Positions 39,150 through 49,484 of a DNA stretch of 64,000 nucleotides are shown piece after piece. The first letter of the stretch is position 1. Every line of letters starts with the position of its first letter. The stretch covers positions 85,808,001 through 85,872,000 of the forward strand of contig OZ360225.1 in NCBI GenBank assembly GCA_977017645.1. The letters are read 5' to 3'. The translations under genes were made by a program, and so were the position numbers. The notes below the pieces were generated by a model. The model was given only the letters and a program-made list of their open reading frames with translations. It had not been told where the DNA came from and ran no database searches. The DNA is from Torpedo marmorata (lineage: Eukaryota).

Positions 39150-39900
39150 ACACAGCCCATACCCACTGATGGCCCATCAACTTCCTTCCCAGCCCCACAG
39201 GTCCACCAGCTTCCCCATGGGGAAGGGTATGAAGGGTATGGTCCCTGGTTTGTTTAATTTGTTCATCGACTCTCATGTGTGGCGAGTGAGTGGTATTCCC
39301 CGACTGGCCTGGAATGTAAGTGCAGCGCTTCTTACTGACAATAGCACCAGTACTACCTCCATCTGCGAGCAGGTAGTCCAAGGCCATCCTTACTCCTTCT
39401 TGACCCGAAGTGCCACAGCCATCTCGTTGGCCAGCGTCTCCTGGTGGCCATTCATCCAGGAGCTCCTTCAGATTTACGAGGCATATGGTGGCACACATCC
39501 CAGATAGCAGCTGCTATACCTTCCCATGGGTAGCCAAGGATCAGCCTGGCAGCCGCACATCCAGGACGTACCATTTAGCCCCCAGGGAGCACCCACCTTC
39601 GCTGGGCCTTCAGCTGTGGACCCTCTAGTGCCTGGATACTGTTCCTTCTCGCACTACTACCGATTGCTCAGACCAGTGTTGGTTGTACCATCTGCACAAA
39701 CATTCCCAAGACCTGCTCATCGTTTGCCAACTCACTCTGAGAGTCGGACTTTATATTTGCCAGATTGTGCACAAGGAAAGACCTGCTCTTGAGACACCCA
39801 CCCCACCGAGAGTCGCCGAATGTGTGCCTGTTACTGGTGTGGGGTGAAGTTGGCTGGTGATCATTACCTCCCCAACACAGAAATATCAAAACCTGTGGAG
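39150..39900 (-). pseudogene. env: Retroviral env remnant (SU C-terminus and TM immunosuppressive domain)
   Basis: LNGTSWMCGCQADPWLPMG..SCYLG resembles the SU motif; RMALDYLLADGGSTGAIVSKKRCTYIP is an ISD with a decayed CX6CC. Contains stops, frameshifts and deletions. Confidence 0.85.
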
Positions 39901-40291
39901 CCGGACAGTTTCCCCCCAGAGTCTCTGTTTTCAGTGTCGGCAGGGATCAATATTCGCAGCAGTCCTTTGGTAGCATTTAAGTTGTTGGCTCTGTTGGCGC
40001 ATTCATCGGCCACGCGTCCAAACACCGCTCAGTGCAGCCATCACCGCTTCCAGCGCCCGCAGATGAGTCATCCTGTGAATGAAGGAAACTCACTCTCTCC
40101 GGGTTAGTATTGTTCAAAAACATCATGACTGCATGGGTCCAGTAAAAACTCCTTGAGTCCTGCTCGCTGCGCCAAATGTTGTGTTCAGAATAGGTTTGAC
40201 GGATTCAAATAAAATCAGGGATGGACACGTGTTATGAACAAACAGTGGTCTTTATTTACACACAGGGGAATTCACAAAAAGGGCACACACT

Positions 40292-40740
40292 CACAGGCAC
40301 GGTATACCGAGAAACAATAGTTTAACTTGTTTAACACCCACCACCCACAGGCACTGTATACCGAGAAACGAGGGTTTAACTTGTTCTGCACCCACCACCC
40401 ACAGGCATTGTATACCAAGAAACGAGGGTTTAACTTGTTCAGAACCCACCACCCACAGGCACTGTATACCGAGAAACGATAGTTTAACTTGTTTAACACC
40501 CACCACCCACAGGCACTGTATACCGAGAAACGAGGGTTTAACTTGTTTTGCACCCACCACCCACAGGCATTGTATACCAAGAAACAAGGGTTTAACTTGT
40601 TCAGCACCCACCACCCATAGGCACAGTATACTGAGAAATGAGGATTAAACTTGTTCAGCACCCACCACCCACAGGCACGGTAAACTGAGAAATGAGGATT
40701 AAACTTGTTCAGCACCCGCCACCCACAGGCACAGTATACC
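40292..40740. repeat. 54-bp tandem array (about 8.3 units) with a 162-bp higher-order duplication inside the ERV LTR
   Basis: Units start at 40292, 40346, 40400, 40454, 40508, 40562, 40616, 40670 and 40724. Units 1-3 share diagnostic variants with units 4-6. Confidence 0.95.
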
Positions 40741-42840
40741 GTGTAACAAATAAACCTGGTCTCCAGTGTCCCTGCTGCTCGGGATCCAGGACATGCCTCC
40801 AGAGCTGCCTGCAGCTGGAGCTCAGCAATGGTCACAACTAACAAGTACATACACATAAACCTGGTTTCCAGCATCGACCACGGTTCGGGATCCGGGACGG
40901 GCCCATTGCAGTCGGCCCTCCGGAGCTGCCTGCAGCCTGGACTACAGGTATGGTTTGAAGGCATCAACAAACAAAGTGAGAGAGAGACAGAGACTGCACG
41001 TGCTGCTTTTTCAATGCAGCACCCATCCACGTGACCTGCAAGGACCAATCGTGCATCAGCCTCAACTGTGGGCGGATCTAACCATTGATTGGCACCTGAA
41101 GGACCAATTACACGTCAGCAGCCAGGGCCAATCACGCATCAGCCTCACAGGTGGACAGATCTGTCCCTTGATTGGCAGGTGAGGTGACTTTCGACTAGGC
41201 TCCAGCAGAGGTGACATGACCCTCCGCAATCCACATTCCGACCAGGTTCCAAATGGAGAGGCCACAAGACCCTCTACAATCCACACTCCCACCAAGTTCC
41301 AGACGGAGAGGCCACATGACCCTCCACAATCCACACTGCACTCCGATAGACCCATTGTTTCCGCGTGTTCCTGCCCTACCGAACTGGTATCATCATTCCT
41401 TGACTCCATTTTGTCCCCCTTGGTCCAGTCCCTCCCCACCTACATCCAGGGTGCCTCACATGCCCTCCATCACTTAGACAACTTCAAGTTCCCTGGGCTG
41501 GACCACCTCTTTTTCACCATGGAAATCCAGTCCCTATACACCTCCATCCCCCATAAAGATGGTCTCATGGCCCTTTTTCCTTCCTCAATATCAAATCTAA
41601 CCAGTACTCCTCCAACCACCACCCTCCTTGGCCAGTCAAAGCTTGTACCCGCCCTCAGTAACTTCTCCTTTGGCTCATCCCACTTTCTCCAACTCATAGA
41701 TACTCACATGGGTCCCAAACATGGGTACCTGCGTGGATCTCAGCTATGCCTGTCTTTTTGTCGGATTTGAAAGTCTGCAGAGGCAAGGCTCCTCAACATT
41801 GATGATGACATTGGTGCTGCCTCCTGCACCCATGATGGGCTCATCAACTTTATCCACTTTGCTGCCAACTTTCACTCTGACTTCTCTGTCTCCATCTCGG
41901 GAGACAAATGATCTCCAGACATCTATAAACCCACTAACTCCCACAGTTACCTTGACTACACCTCTTCGCACCCTGTCTACTGTAAAAATTCTATTCCTTT
42001 CTCTCAATTCCTCTGTCTCCACCGCATCTGCTCCCAGGATGAGATCTTCCATTGCAGGACATCTGAGATGTCCTCCTTCTACAGAAAATGTGGTTTCCCC
42101 TCTACTGCCATTAACTCAGCCCTTACCCGCATCTCCTCTATTTCCTGCACATCTGCCCTACCCCTTCCCCCCACCCCCCTTCCCCCGAGATGAAAGAAGG
42201 ACAAGCTTCCCCTTGTCCTCACCTACTACCCCACCAGCCTCCACATCCAACATGCTATCTGTTATGCTTGTTCTTTCAAGAAGAACGACTTTACGTGGGT
42301 TTAACACTTAACCGACTTTATTTTCCTTGAACTGCTTCAACCGACTTCCAACTGTCTTCAACCGACAATAACTGACAATGCTCGCGACTCCCCTCATATA
42401 CACCTCTTACGCTTTCTGTCCAACCGCGCGCATTAAATGCTGGGAAACGTAGTTCTTATGTACACGCATAATACATCTTTCCCCTTTACAAAAAAAAACA
42501 AAAAACTCAGTACTATGTCTACATAACAAGCATATTTACAGAGTATGTACAAGATACAGTAGACTAGACAGCTATTGCCCGTCTGCATTGGTTTTGCAAC
42601 AATCACAAAATATATCTTCATTTAACAGGCAAGGCCTTTCTTAAAGTGGTACCGCTTTACTTTTTGAGGTTCGACCGGGACGAATTTCACACCAGCAAAA
42701 TGTCAGCCAGTCACACAAACACTGAACAATATAAATGTTGCAGCAGAACGTGTCCTTTTTTTTTATCTGGTTCTCGTGCCTGAGGTCAATGTTCTTGCTC
42801 AGAAGATGCAGAAGTTGTTTTCTGATCTGTTCACTGGATA

Positions 42841-43921
42841 GTTCAAGTCTACTCCAGCAAGTTGACTGTTTTTAGAGTATTCTGACTGAATTTTTACGAG
42901 TGTCTCTTGAGGGTCATAGAACACTACAGCACAGAAAACAGGCCATTCGGCCCTTCATGTCTGTGCCGACCATTATTCCGTTAGTCCCATTGACCTGCTC
43001 CCATTCCATAACCCTCCAGACCTCTCCCATCCATGTATCTATCCAATTTATTCTTAAAACTTAAGATCGAGCTCGCATTCACCACATCAGGTGGCAGCTC
43101 ATTCCACACACCCACCACTCTCTGTGAAGAACTTTCCCCTAATGTTCCCCCTAAACCTTTCCCCTTTCAGATTAAAACTATGACCTCTTGTATTTATCTC
43201 CCCCAATCTAAATGGAAAAAGCCTACTCACATCCACTCTGTCTATACCTCTCGTAATCTTGTAAACCTCTATCAAATCTCCCTCATTCTTCTTCGCTCCA
43301 AGGAATAAAGTCCTAACCTGTTTAATCTTTCCCTGTAACTCAACTCCTGAAGCCCTGGCAACATCCTAGTAAATCTTCTATCGTCATATCCTAAGTTTTG
43401 TGCAAGTACCTTGGGAATAATAAACAGAGCATCTGCAAATGCTTGCACTCCCAACTGTGCTCTGCCCTTTACGTTGGCCTTGTGTTTGATCAAAGCATGT
43501 GCCACACATCCATCCTCAATTGCCAATTTTTTTTTTTCATCAGCACTTTTATTGAAGAATCCAGAATTTACTTCCGTCTTTTCATACTCCAGTGAAATGC
43601 AGCAGGTGAGAATGTAAGCATCTTCCACCCTTTTCTTCATGTCCGGGTGCCGAGCACCATGATCCAATACTATTCCCTTCACAAGGTGTGTCACTCTGTT
43701 TTTATTTTGTGTTTCATCTCCATAATTTCAACCATGAAGAGATCCATTGACTCGTTTGGTTTCTTCACTGTCAGAACAGCATCCACCACAGCCTCTGCCA
43801 AGACAGCTGCCAATTCGTTGTGGACCTTTGTGCGTAACGATGTCCTGGTAACATTGATAAGAGTCTCTCTAACCACTTCTTTGGATATTTTCACCTGCTC
43901 CACCATTTCCAGGGCCTTCTC
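42841..43921 (-). pseudogene. CCT6A: Captured, internally deleted CCT6 (TCP-1 zeta) fragment, split by a CR1 insertion
   Basis: [44 protein letters not shown] and VKGRAQLGVQAFADAL..IPKVLAQN.GYD|PQETLVKIQ...GVDLN; intronless; frameshift near 43693. Confidence 0.95.
42919..43382 (-). mobile_element. CR1 3' fragment inserted in the CCT6 retro-fragment
   Basis: RRFTRMLPGLQELSYRERLNRLGLYSLERRR; flanked by GTCATA on both sides (42913-42918 and 43383-43388). Confidence 0.9.
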
Positions 43922-44179
43922 CTGATGTTCTTGAAAATGGAGAGCCATCAAATGACTGATTTCATCCTCAAGCTGGGAAATGGTGTGTTGGGCATTAGTA
44001 GCCTCCATATTATACCAGTCTTCCATATCTTGCATCTGGCACTCAAGGGATTCATTCGTTCCCTTCAGTGCATCAATTTCACAGGTCAGTGTCCGGACTT
44101 GCCTGCGGTACTCATTATTTTCTTGTTTTGCCAAACTAAGAGCATCATTGTTACGAGAAGCAGAATCAGTTATATCGGC
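43919..44179 (-). pseudogene. Captured fragment of a type III intermediate filament (vimentin/desmin/peripherin-like coil 2)
   Basis: [46 protein letters not shown] matches vimentin [44 protein letters not shown]; no intron present. Confidence 0.92.
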
Positions 44180-44239
44180 CAGCACCTCACGTAATCCTCC
44201 GATCCTATGAAACTGGTTGACAGATGGATCCCGACTAAG

Positions 44240-44400
44240 ACTCTCAACAGTCCCTGCAGAATCAAAGATGGGACCAGAGGTTTGAACATCTGTATCAATT
44301 CGATTAAGAGACTCTCTTGAAGCAGTTCGTACAAGTGACTCCTTTTTGATGGTGACGAGAAAAGTGATTCTTTTGAAGAAGCTCGAAATAAAGATTCCAT
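44240..44400 (-). pseudogene. GOLGA4: Captured fragment of golgin A4 N-terminal region
   Basis: [37 protein letters not shown] (one frameshift near 44345) matches the recalled human GOLGA4 VESLFRSPIKESLFRSSSKESLVRTSSRESLNRLDLD. Confidence 0.85.
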
Positions 44401-45228
44401 CTCAGTCTTCTGGCCTGCAGCAGTCTGTAGTGAATCCACGAAGAATTCCTCCATTTCCTCGTCCACTGTGTATACCATTCTCTTGGTATCCCCTGCCTTG
44501 CAGCACCTTGCAAAGTGATTCTTCTTCCCACATTTGTAGCAGGACATTCCATAGGCAGGACACATCTTTGGAATATGCCTACCTCCGCACCTGCTGCATT
44601 TGCTGTTTGAGCTTACCACTTTGCTTCGTTGTTGCTCTGGGAAACTCCTGGTGCTCTGCCTATCTACCTTCATCGCATGCACTGCTGTGTCTATCCTGTG
44701 CAGCTCCTCAGCTTGTGCTCGTGTGGTCTCTGCTGCCCTACACGTATTCACAGCCTTTTCCAGTGTCAAATCTTTTTCATGCAACAGTCTTTCTCTAAGC
44801 CCATTATCTGTGATTCCGCAAACTATTCTGTCTTTAATGAGTGAATTTTTCAAATCTCCAAATTCACAGGACTTACTCAGTGTGTGAAGCTTGGCTAAGT
44901 ATTGGCTGAAGCTCATACCTTGTTTCTGGTCACAGGAGAAAAACTTGAAACTCTCAGACGTGATGTTTTGACTTAGGACAAAATACTCATCAAATCTTGT
45001 CATGAGAGTGTCCAACGTGAAAGCTGTCTCATCAATTTGAAAAATGTTATAGATGTCCAAGGCATCTTCACTCATCACGTGCAAAAATATAGACGCTTTC
45101 CATTTTCCATTGGTCTCTCCCGCTCCACTAGCCTATAAATAAATGTTGAATCGCTGTTTGAAGCGTTTCCAATTATCGGCTAGATTGCTGGTAAACTGCA
45201 TCGGTGTGGGAGGACTTAACTTATCCAT
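44401..45228 (-). pseudogene. gag: Gag (Mag-like) with two zinc knuckles and one in-frame stop near 45135
   Basis: NLADNWKRFKQRF, IKDRIVCGI...LRERLL...LTLEKA, CSRCGGRH...C and CYKCGKKNHFARCC. Confidence 0.88.
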
Positions 45229-46679
45229 GCTTACGAACTATTGTCTTCTCTTACTCAGACACTTCTGACACTATGTTATGCTTGTTATTTCAAGAAGAAC
45301 GACTTTACATGGGTTTAACACTTAACCGACTTTATTTTCCTTGAGCTTCTTCAACCGACTTCCAACCGTCTTTAACCGACAATAACTGACAATGCTCGTG
45401 ACTCCCCTCATATACATCACTTCCGGTTTCTGCCAATCGCGCGCATTGCATGCTGGGAAATGTAGTTCTTATTTACATGCATAATAACACACTATCCTCC
45501 ACAATTTCCGGCAGCTACAACAGGATCCGACTACCGGACACATCTTCCCCTCCATTCTCCTCTCCCTTTTCCATAGGGATCGCTCCCTCCAGGACTCCCT
45601 CATCCACCTATCACTTTTCACTAATTTCTCCCTTGGTACCTACCCCTGTGACCGCAAAAAATGCTACACTTGCACTTACTCCACTTTCCTCATCACTAAT
45701 CGAGGCCCTAAACAGTCTTTCCAAGTGAAGCAACACTTCACGTGAATCTGTAAGGAGCATTTACTGCATCCAGTGCTCCTGATGCGGTCTCCTCTACATC
45801 GAGGAGTCTGGATGAAGACTGGGAGATTGTTTCATTGATTACTTTGCTCTGTCTGCTGCAACAGCAAGGACAACAGTGGCCAACTATTTTAATTCCACAC
45901 ATCATTGCCACACCGACATGCCAAATTGAGGCCTTCCAACAAATTGGAGGAACAACATCTTGTATTCTGTCTCGGCAATTTCCAACAAGGCGACGTTAAT
46001 ATCAATCACCAACTTTCATTAACCCCCTACTTTCCCTATCCTTCTCTCTCCTCAAGCTCCCCACTCCCTTTCCTACCTTTTCCTTGAAGAGAGCTGTCAG
46101 TCCTCTGCGCTCTTCCACCATCACATTTCAGCTTCTTTCTCTTCTACCCTCTCACCTGTTTTCACCAATTACCTCTTACCTGTGAGCCTGTGCTCTTCCC
46201 CTTCCTCCCTCCTCTCCTCCCCCATCCCCTAACCATTTTATTCCTGACAAGGGGCTCAGGCCAGAAATGGTGGTTGCCTTTTACCTCCTGTGGTTACTGC
46301 GGGACCTGCTGAGTTTCACCAGCAAATTTATGTATTGCAAAAAAAAATTCTGCTTTATACAGCTCCATTGGAATAGATTGTTTTGCAAATCACTATCATT
46401 AAAATGGCTGCAAATGAGTACAATTACCAAAGTGAGAACAAAATTTGGTGAATTGAAAGCAAGTCTGCTGCAGGTTCAGATTTTTGACAATGCCATCAAA
46501 TTCTGATATGATTGTATTACCTCCAGTGCTATTTGAAATCATAGCCAAATCTTGTTATGCACAGAACATTAGAAAAGGCAGAAAAGATTGCTTATGACAT
46601 ACAACATAACCGAAGGATGTCAATCCCATTAATTCTGACTTATGTTAAGACCTTAACTTAAATACGCTATTATTTGTTA

Positions 46680-48302
46680 CATTCAAGTCAAGTTTATTGT
46701 CATCTGATTGCACAAGTACCACCCGATGAAACAGCGTTCTCCGGTCCTCGATGCAAAGCGCACAGACTCACAACCAGACAAAATGCACATACAGACAAAT
46801 AATACATATGCAGTGTTCAGATATAAAAATATAAAAATAAGTATTGTTTTGTAAATATGAGAGTCTCGGATGGTTAGTGTGAGCAGTTCCTTTGGTCGTT
46901 CGGCATTTTCACTGACCGCGGGAAGAAGCTGTTCCTCAGCCTGGTGGTGCTGGCTCTGATACTCCTGTATCTCTTTCCCTACGGGAGCAGCTGAAAGATG
47001 CTGTGTGCAGGATGGAAGGGGTCCTCAATGATTTTGTACGCCATCTTCAGACAACGATCCCAGTAGATCACATCGGGGGGTGGGGGGTGGTGGTGAAGGG
47101 AAACTCCAGCGATCCTCTCTGCCACTCTTATGGTCCTGTGGATTTACCTCCAATTCATTTATCTGCAGCAACCATACCACACTGTGATGCAGCCGGCCAG
47201 GAAGCTCTCAAAAGAGCTGCTGTGGAAGGTTGATATAATGGTGGCCGGTAGCCTTGCCCGCTTCAGTCTTCTCAGGAAGTGCAGTCGCAGTTGCACCTTC
47301 CTGACAAGTGAGGAGATGTTGTGTATCTGTCGCTGTCGTGTACTTACCTTCATCGGGAGCGATGCCAGCCACCGCTGATGACATAAGCGATGCGACGCAC
47401 GGGAGTAATAGCGCGCATGCCGGGTGTGTTAAGCGTCAGTATACGGGTGATGAATCTCAGATACAGGAGGAGGAGAGTGAGAGTGTCAGGATCACCCGTG
47501 TGGCAGTAAGCCAATAAGAAGGTCAGAGGAGTTTAGCTGGGTGGTGTTTAGGGAGTTGAAGATGCAATGTTGTGTCTAGTGAATAATAAAAGAAAGTCGA
47601 CTTCATGGTGTGCTGAAAGAAATGAGTGAGTGTATTCTTTATTTGTTTGTAAGCTTTGGTAAATCAGTGCTGTTACATGTCCAAGATAGGTCACTAGTTA
47701 AGTGAACTCCAAGGAACTTGGTGCTCTATACCCTTTCCACTACAGTTGTTGACGTGTAGTGGAGGGTGTTCGTTCCTGGTCCTCTTGAAGTCCACGATCA
47801 TCTCCTTCATCTTGTTCACGTTGAGACTCAGGTTGTTACCCTCGCATCATATCACGAAATTTTCTACCTCTTCTCTGTAGTGAGACTCGTCGTTGTTCAT
47901 GATGAGGACAACTACTGTTATGTCATCTACAAACTTGATGACACTGTGTTGGAGCTGGATCTGGCGATGCAGTCATGGGTCAGTAGCGTGAACAGGAGCG
48001 TGCTGAGCACATAGCCCTGAGGTGCACCAGTGCTCAGTGTGACGGCGCTTGACGTTCTGCTACCGACTCGGACAGACTGTGGTCTCTCCGTTAGGACGTC
48101 CAGAATGCAGTTACAGAGAGGGGTGTTGAGTCCCAGTGAGGAAAGCTTCTCCACCAGCCTCTGGGGATTGATCATATTAAACGCCGAGCTGAAGTCAATG
48201 AACAGCAGACTGGCGTATAAGGCATCATTCTCCAGGTGGGTCAGGATGGAGGGAAGGGACAAAGCTATAGCATCGAGTGTGGAACGGTTTCTTCAATAGG
48301 CA
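46680..48302 (-). mobile_element. Rex1/Babar-type LINE (third family), split by a solo LTR
   Basis: [15 protein letters not shown] and LHFLRRLKRARL...CITVWYG motifs; tail aataaacttgacttgaa. Confidence 0.85.
47328..47677 (+). mobile_element. Probable solo LTR
   Basis: 350-bp insert, TGT...ACA, AATAAA near 47585, imperfect 4-bp TSD tatc/tgtc; cleanly interrupts the LINE. Confidence 0.7.
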
Positions 48303-48703
48303 AAATTAAACGGTTTGAATTTTTAAAATTAAAGTCAATGCTAATCGGGTTACAATTTCATTTGACAGTGCACTCACGAGTTCTGTTTGATTTGTATTTG
48401 TTCCATTGTCAATTTGCTGTCTTTCTTTCTCCTTTCAATGTCTAAATATGATACAAAATGATGCATTAAGGAATTGAAAATGAAGTTTCTTGTTCAGCCA
48501 TTTTCCATATTGAAAGTGTGCATTATACGTGGATTTTACAAATCTGTAAAAATATTCTACAAAATGCACTTCAAAATTGAGCTTGTCATTCGTTTTGTAA
48601 CTTAACAATATTTTGGTAACTAAGCAGTGTTTCATTGCATTAATAACGATCCATTGTTTTATGACACCAGAACAAGTGGTAGTAATAGGACATGCTGTTA
48701 ATA

Positions 48704-49484
48704 CAGTACCCCATATCTGAAATGCTTGGGATCAGATTTTTTTTTGGTTTTTGGGCTTTTTCGGTTTTCGGAGCAATGGAACTAAGCAGCACAGTAGCAT
48801 TAGCAGAATACCTGTATCAGCGGTTAAACAGGCTTTTTAAGTGCCGACATGATGCCACAAGTGGAAAATTCACATGAAATAATGTTTAGTACTTACCAAA
48901 AAAAAACTTGATCTCTGCTTACAAAAGAAGATAAGTGCAGCACCAAACACTAGAAATTCTCCTCGATGGCTTTTTCAAATGTTTCCTCCAGTGTCATCTG
49001 CCTCATTAACAATGGTGTTTGTCTTTTGCCACCGCCGGTCCCCGTCACCTCCCCACCACCGCCGCCAGTCCCCGACACCTCCCCACCGCCGCCGGTCCCC
49101 GACTACGGTCCCTGCTCCTGCCCGGGAGCCCGAGGACGCCGCTCCTGCCGGGGAGCCCGAGGTCCCCGCTCCTGCCTGAGAGCCCGAGGCGACTTCTTCG
49201 ATGCGGACGACACTGCACCGGATGTTGAGAATGGAGTCACTGTCGCCGACTCCGGATGAAGCCGATGCTGAAGACTTGGACCCAGCTCCGTTTGGCATCT
49301 TCCCAGCCAGAATCAAAGATTTTGTTTTGTTACCAAACTGGCGTCAACAGAGTGTCAGAGCCCCACATGGGCAAGTCAGGTGGTGAACATTTTTCAACTT
49401 GTGACGTCATGTCAGCGCTAAACAATATTTTGGTTTTTGGATCTTTTCGGTTTTCGTAAGTTTGGATATGGGATACTTGACCTG
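48704..49484 (-). mobile_element. pogo/Tigger-like non-autonomous element
   Basis: Imperfect TIRs with TA flanks; KRQTPLLMRQMTLEETFEKA transposase-tail-like peptide; GC-rich internal tandem repeats; related to 15168-15949. Confidence 0.8.

Larger units (their letters stand above)
38989..41340 (-). mobile_element. Env-only endogenous retrovirus (class I-like); 3' LTR truncated
   Basis: 5' LTR 41340-40177; PBS TGGCGCAGCGAGCAGG (40174-40159, complementary to the tRNA-Ser 3' end); env remnants; PPT GAGGGGTGGAA; 3' LTR restarts at 39075 with the same 50-bp repeat. Confidence 0.85.
42260..45491 (-). mobile_element. Mag-like Ty3/Gypsy non-autonomous element carrying captured host mRNA fragments
   Basis: LTRs at 42260-42475 and 45274-45491; TSD CTATC; PBS TAGTGTCAGAAGTG (tRNA-Leu-like, one mismatch); PPT AAAGGGGAAAGA; gag present; no PR, RT or IN. 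Confidence 0.92.
41341..46340 (+). mobile_element. Penelope-like retroelement (RT and GIY-YIG), decayed, split by an LTR element
   Basis: RPIVSACSCPTELVS..LD..L.PLVQSLPTYI, SLYTSIPH and MG...SYACLF motifs; GIY-YIG-like region at about 45750-45850; terminus at 46240-46335. Confidence 0.88.

Noticed and set aside
40292-40740. CRISPR-like array
   Set aside because: The units are contiguous tandem repeats with no unique spacers, there are no cas genes, and the context is a eukaryotic LTR.
42841-44400. Functional CCT6, vimentin-like or GOLGA4 host genes
   Set aside because: They are partial, intronless, frameshifted and enclosed by LTRs with a TSD, so they are cargo rather than the parental loci.
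48966-49316. Pro-rich and Gly-rich ORFs
   Set aside because: They arise from GC-rich tandem repeats inside a Tigger-like element.
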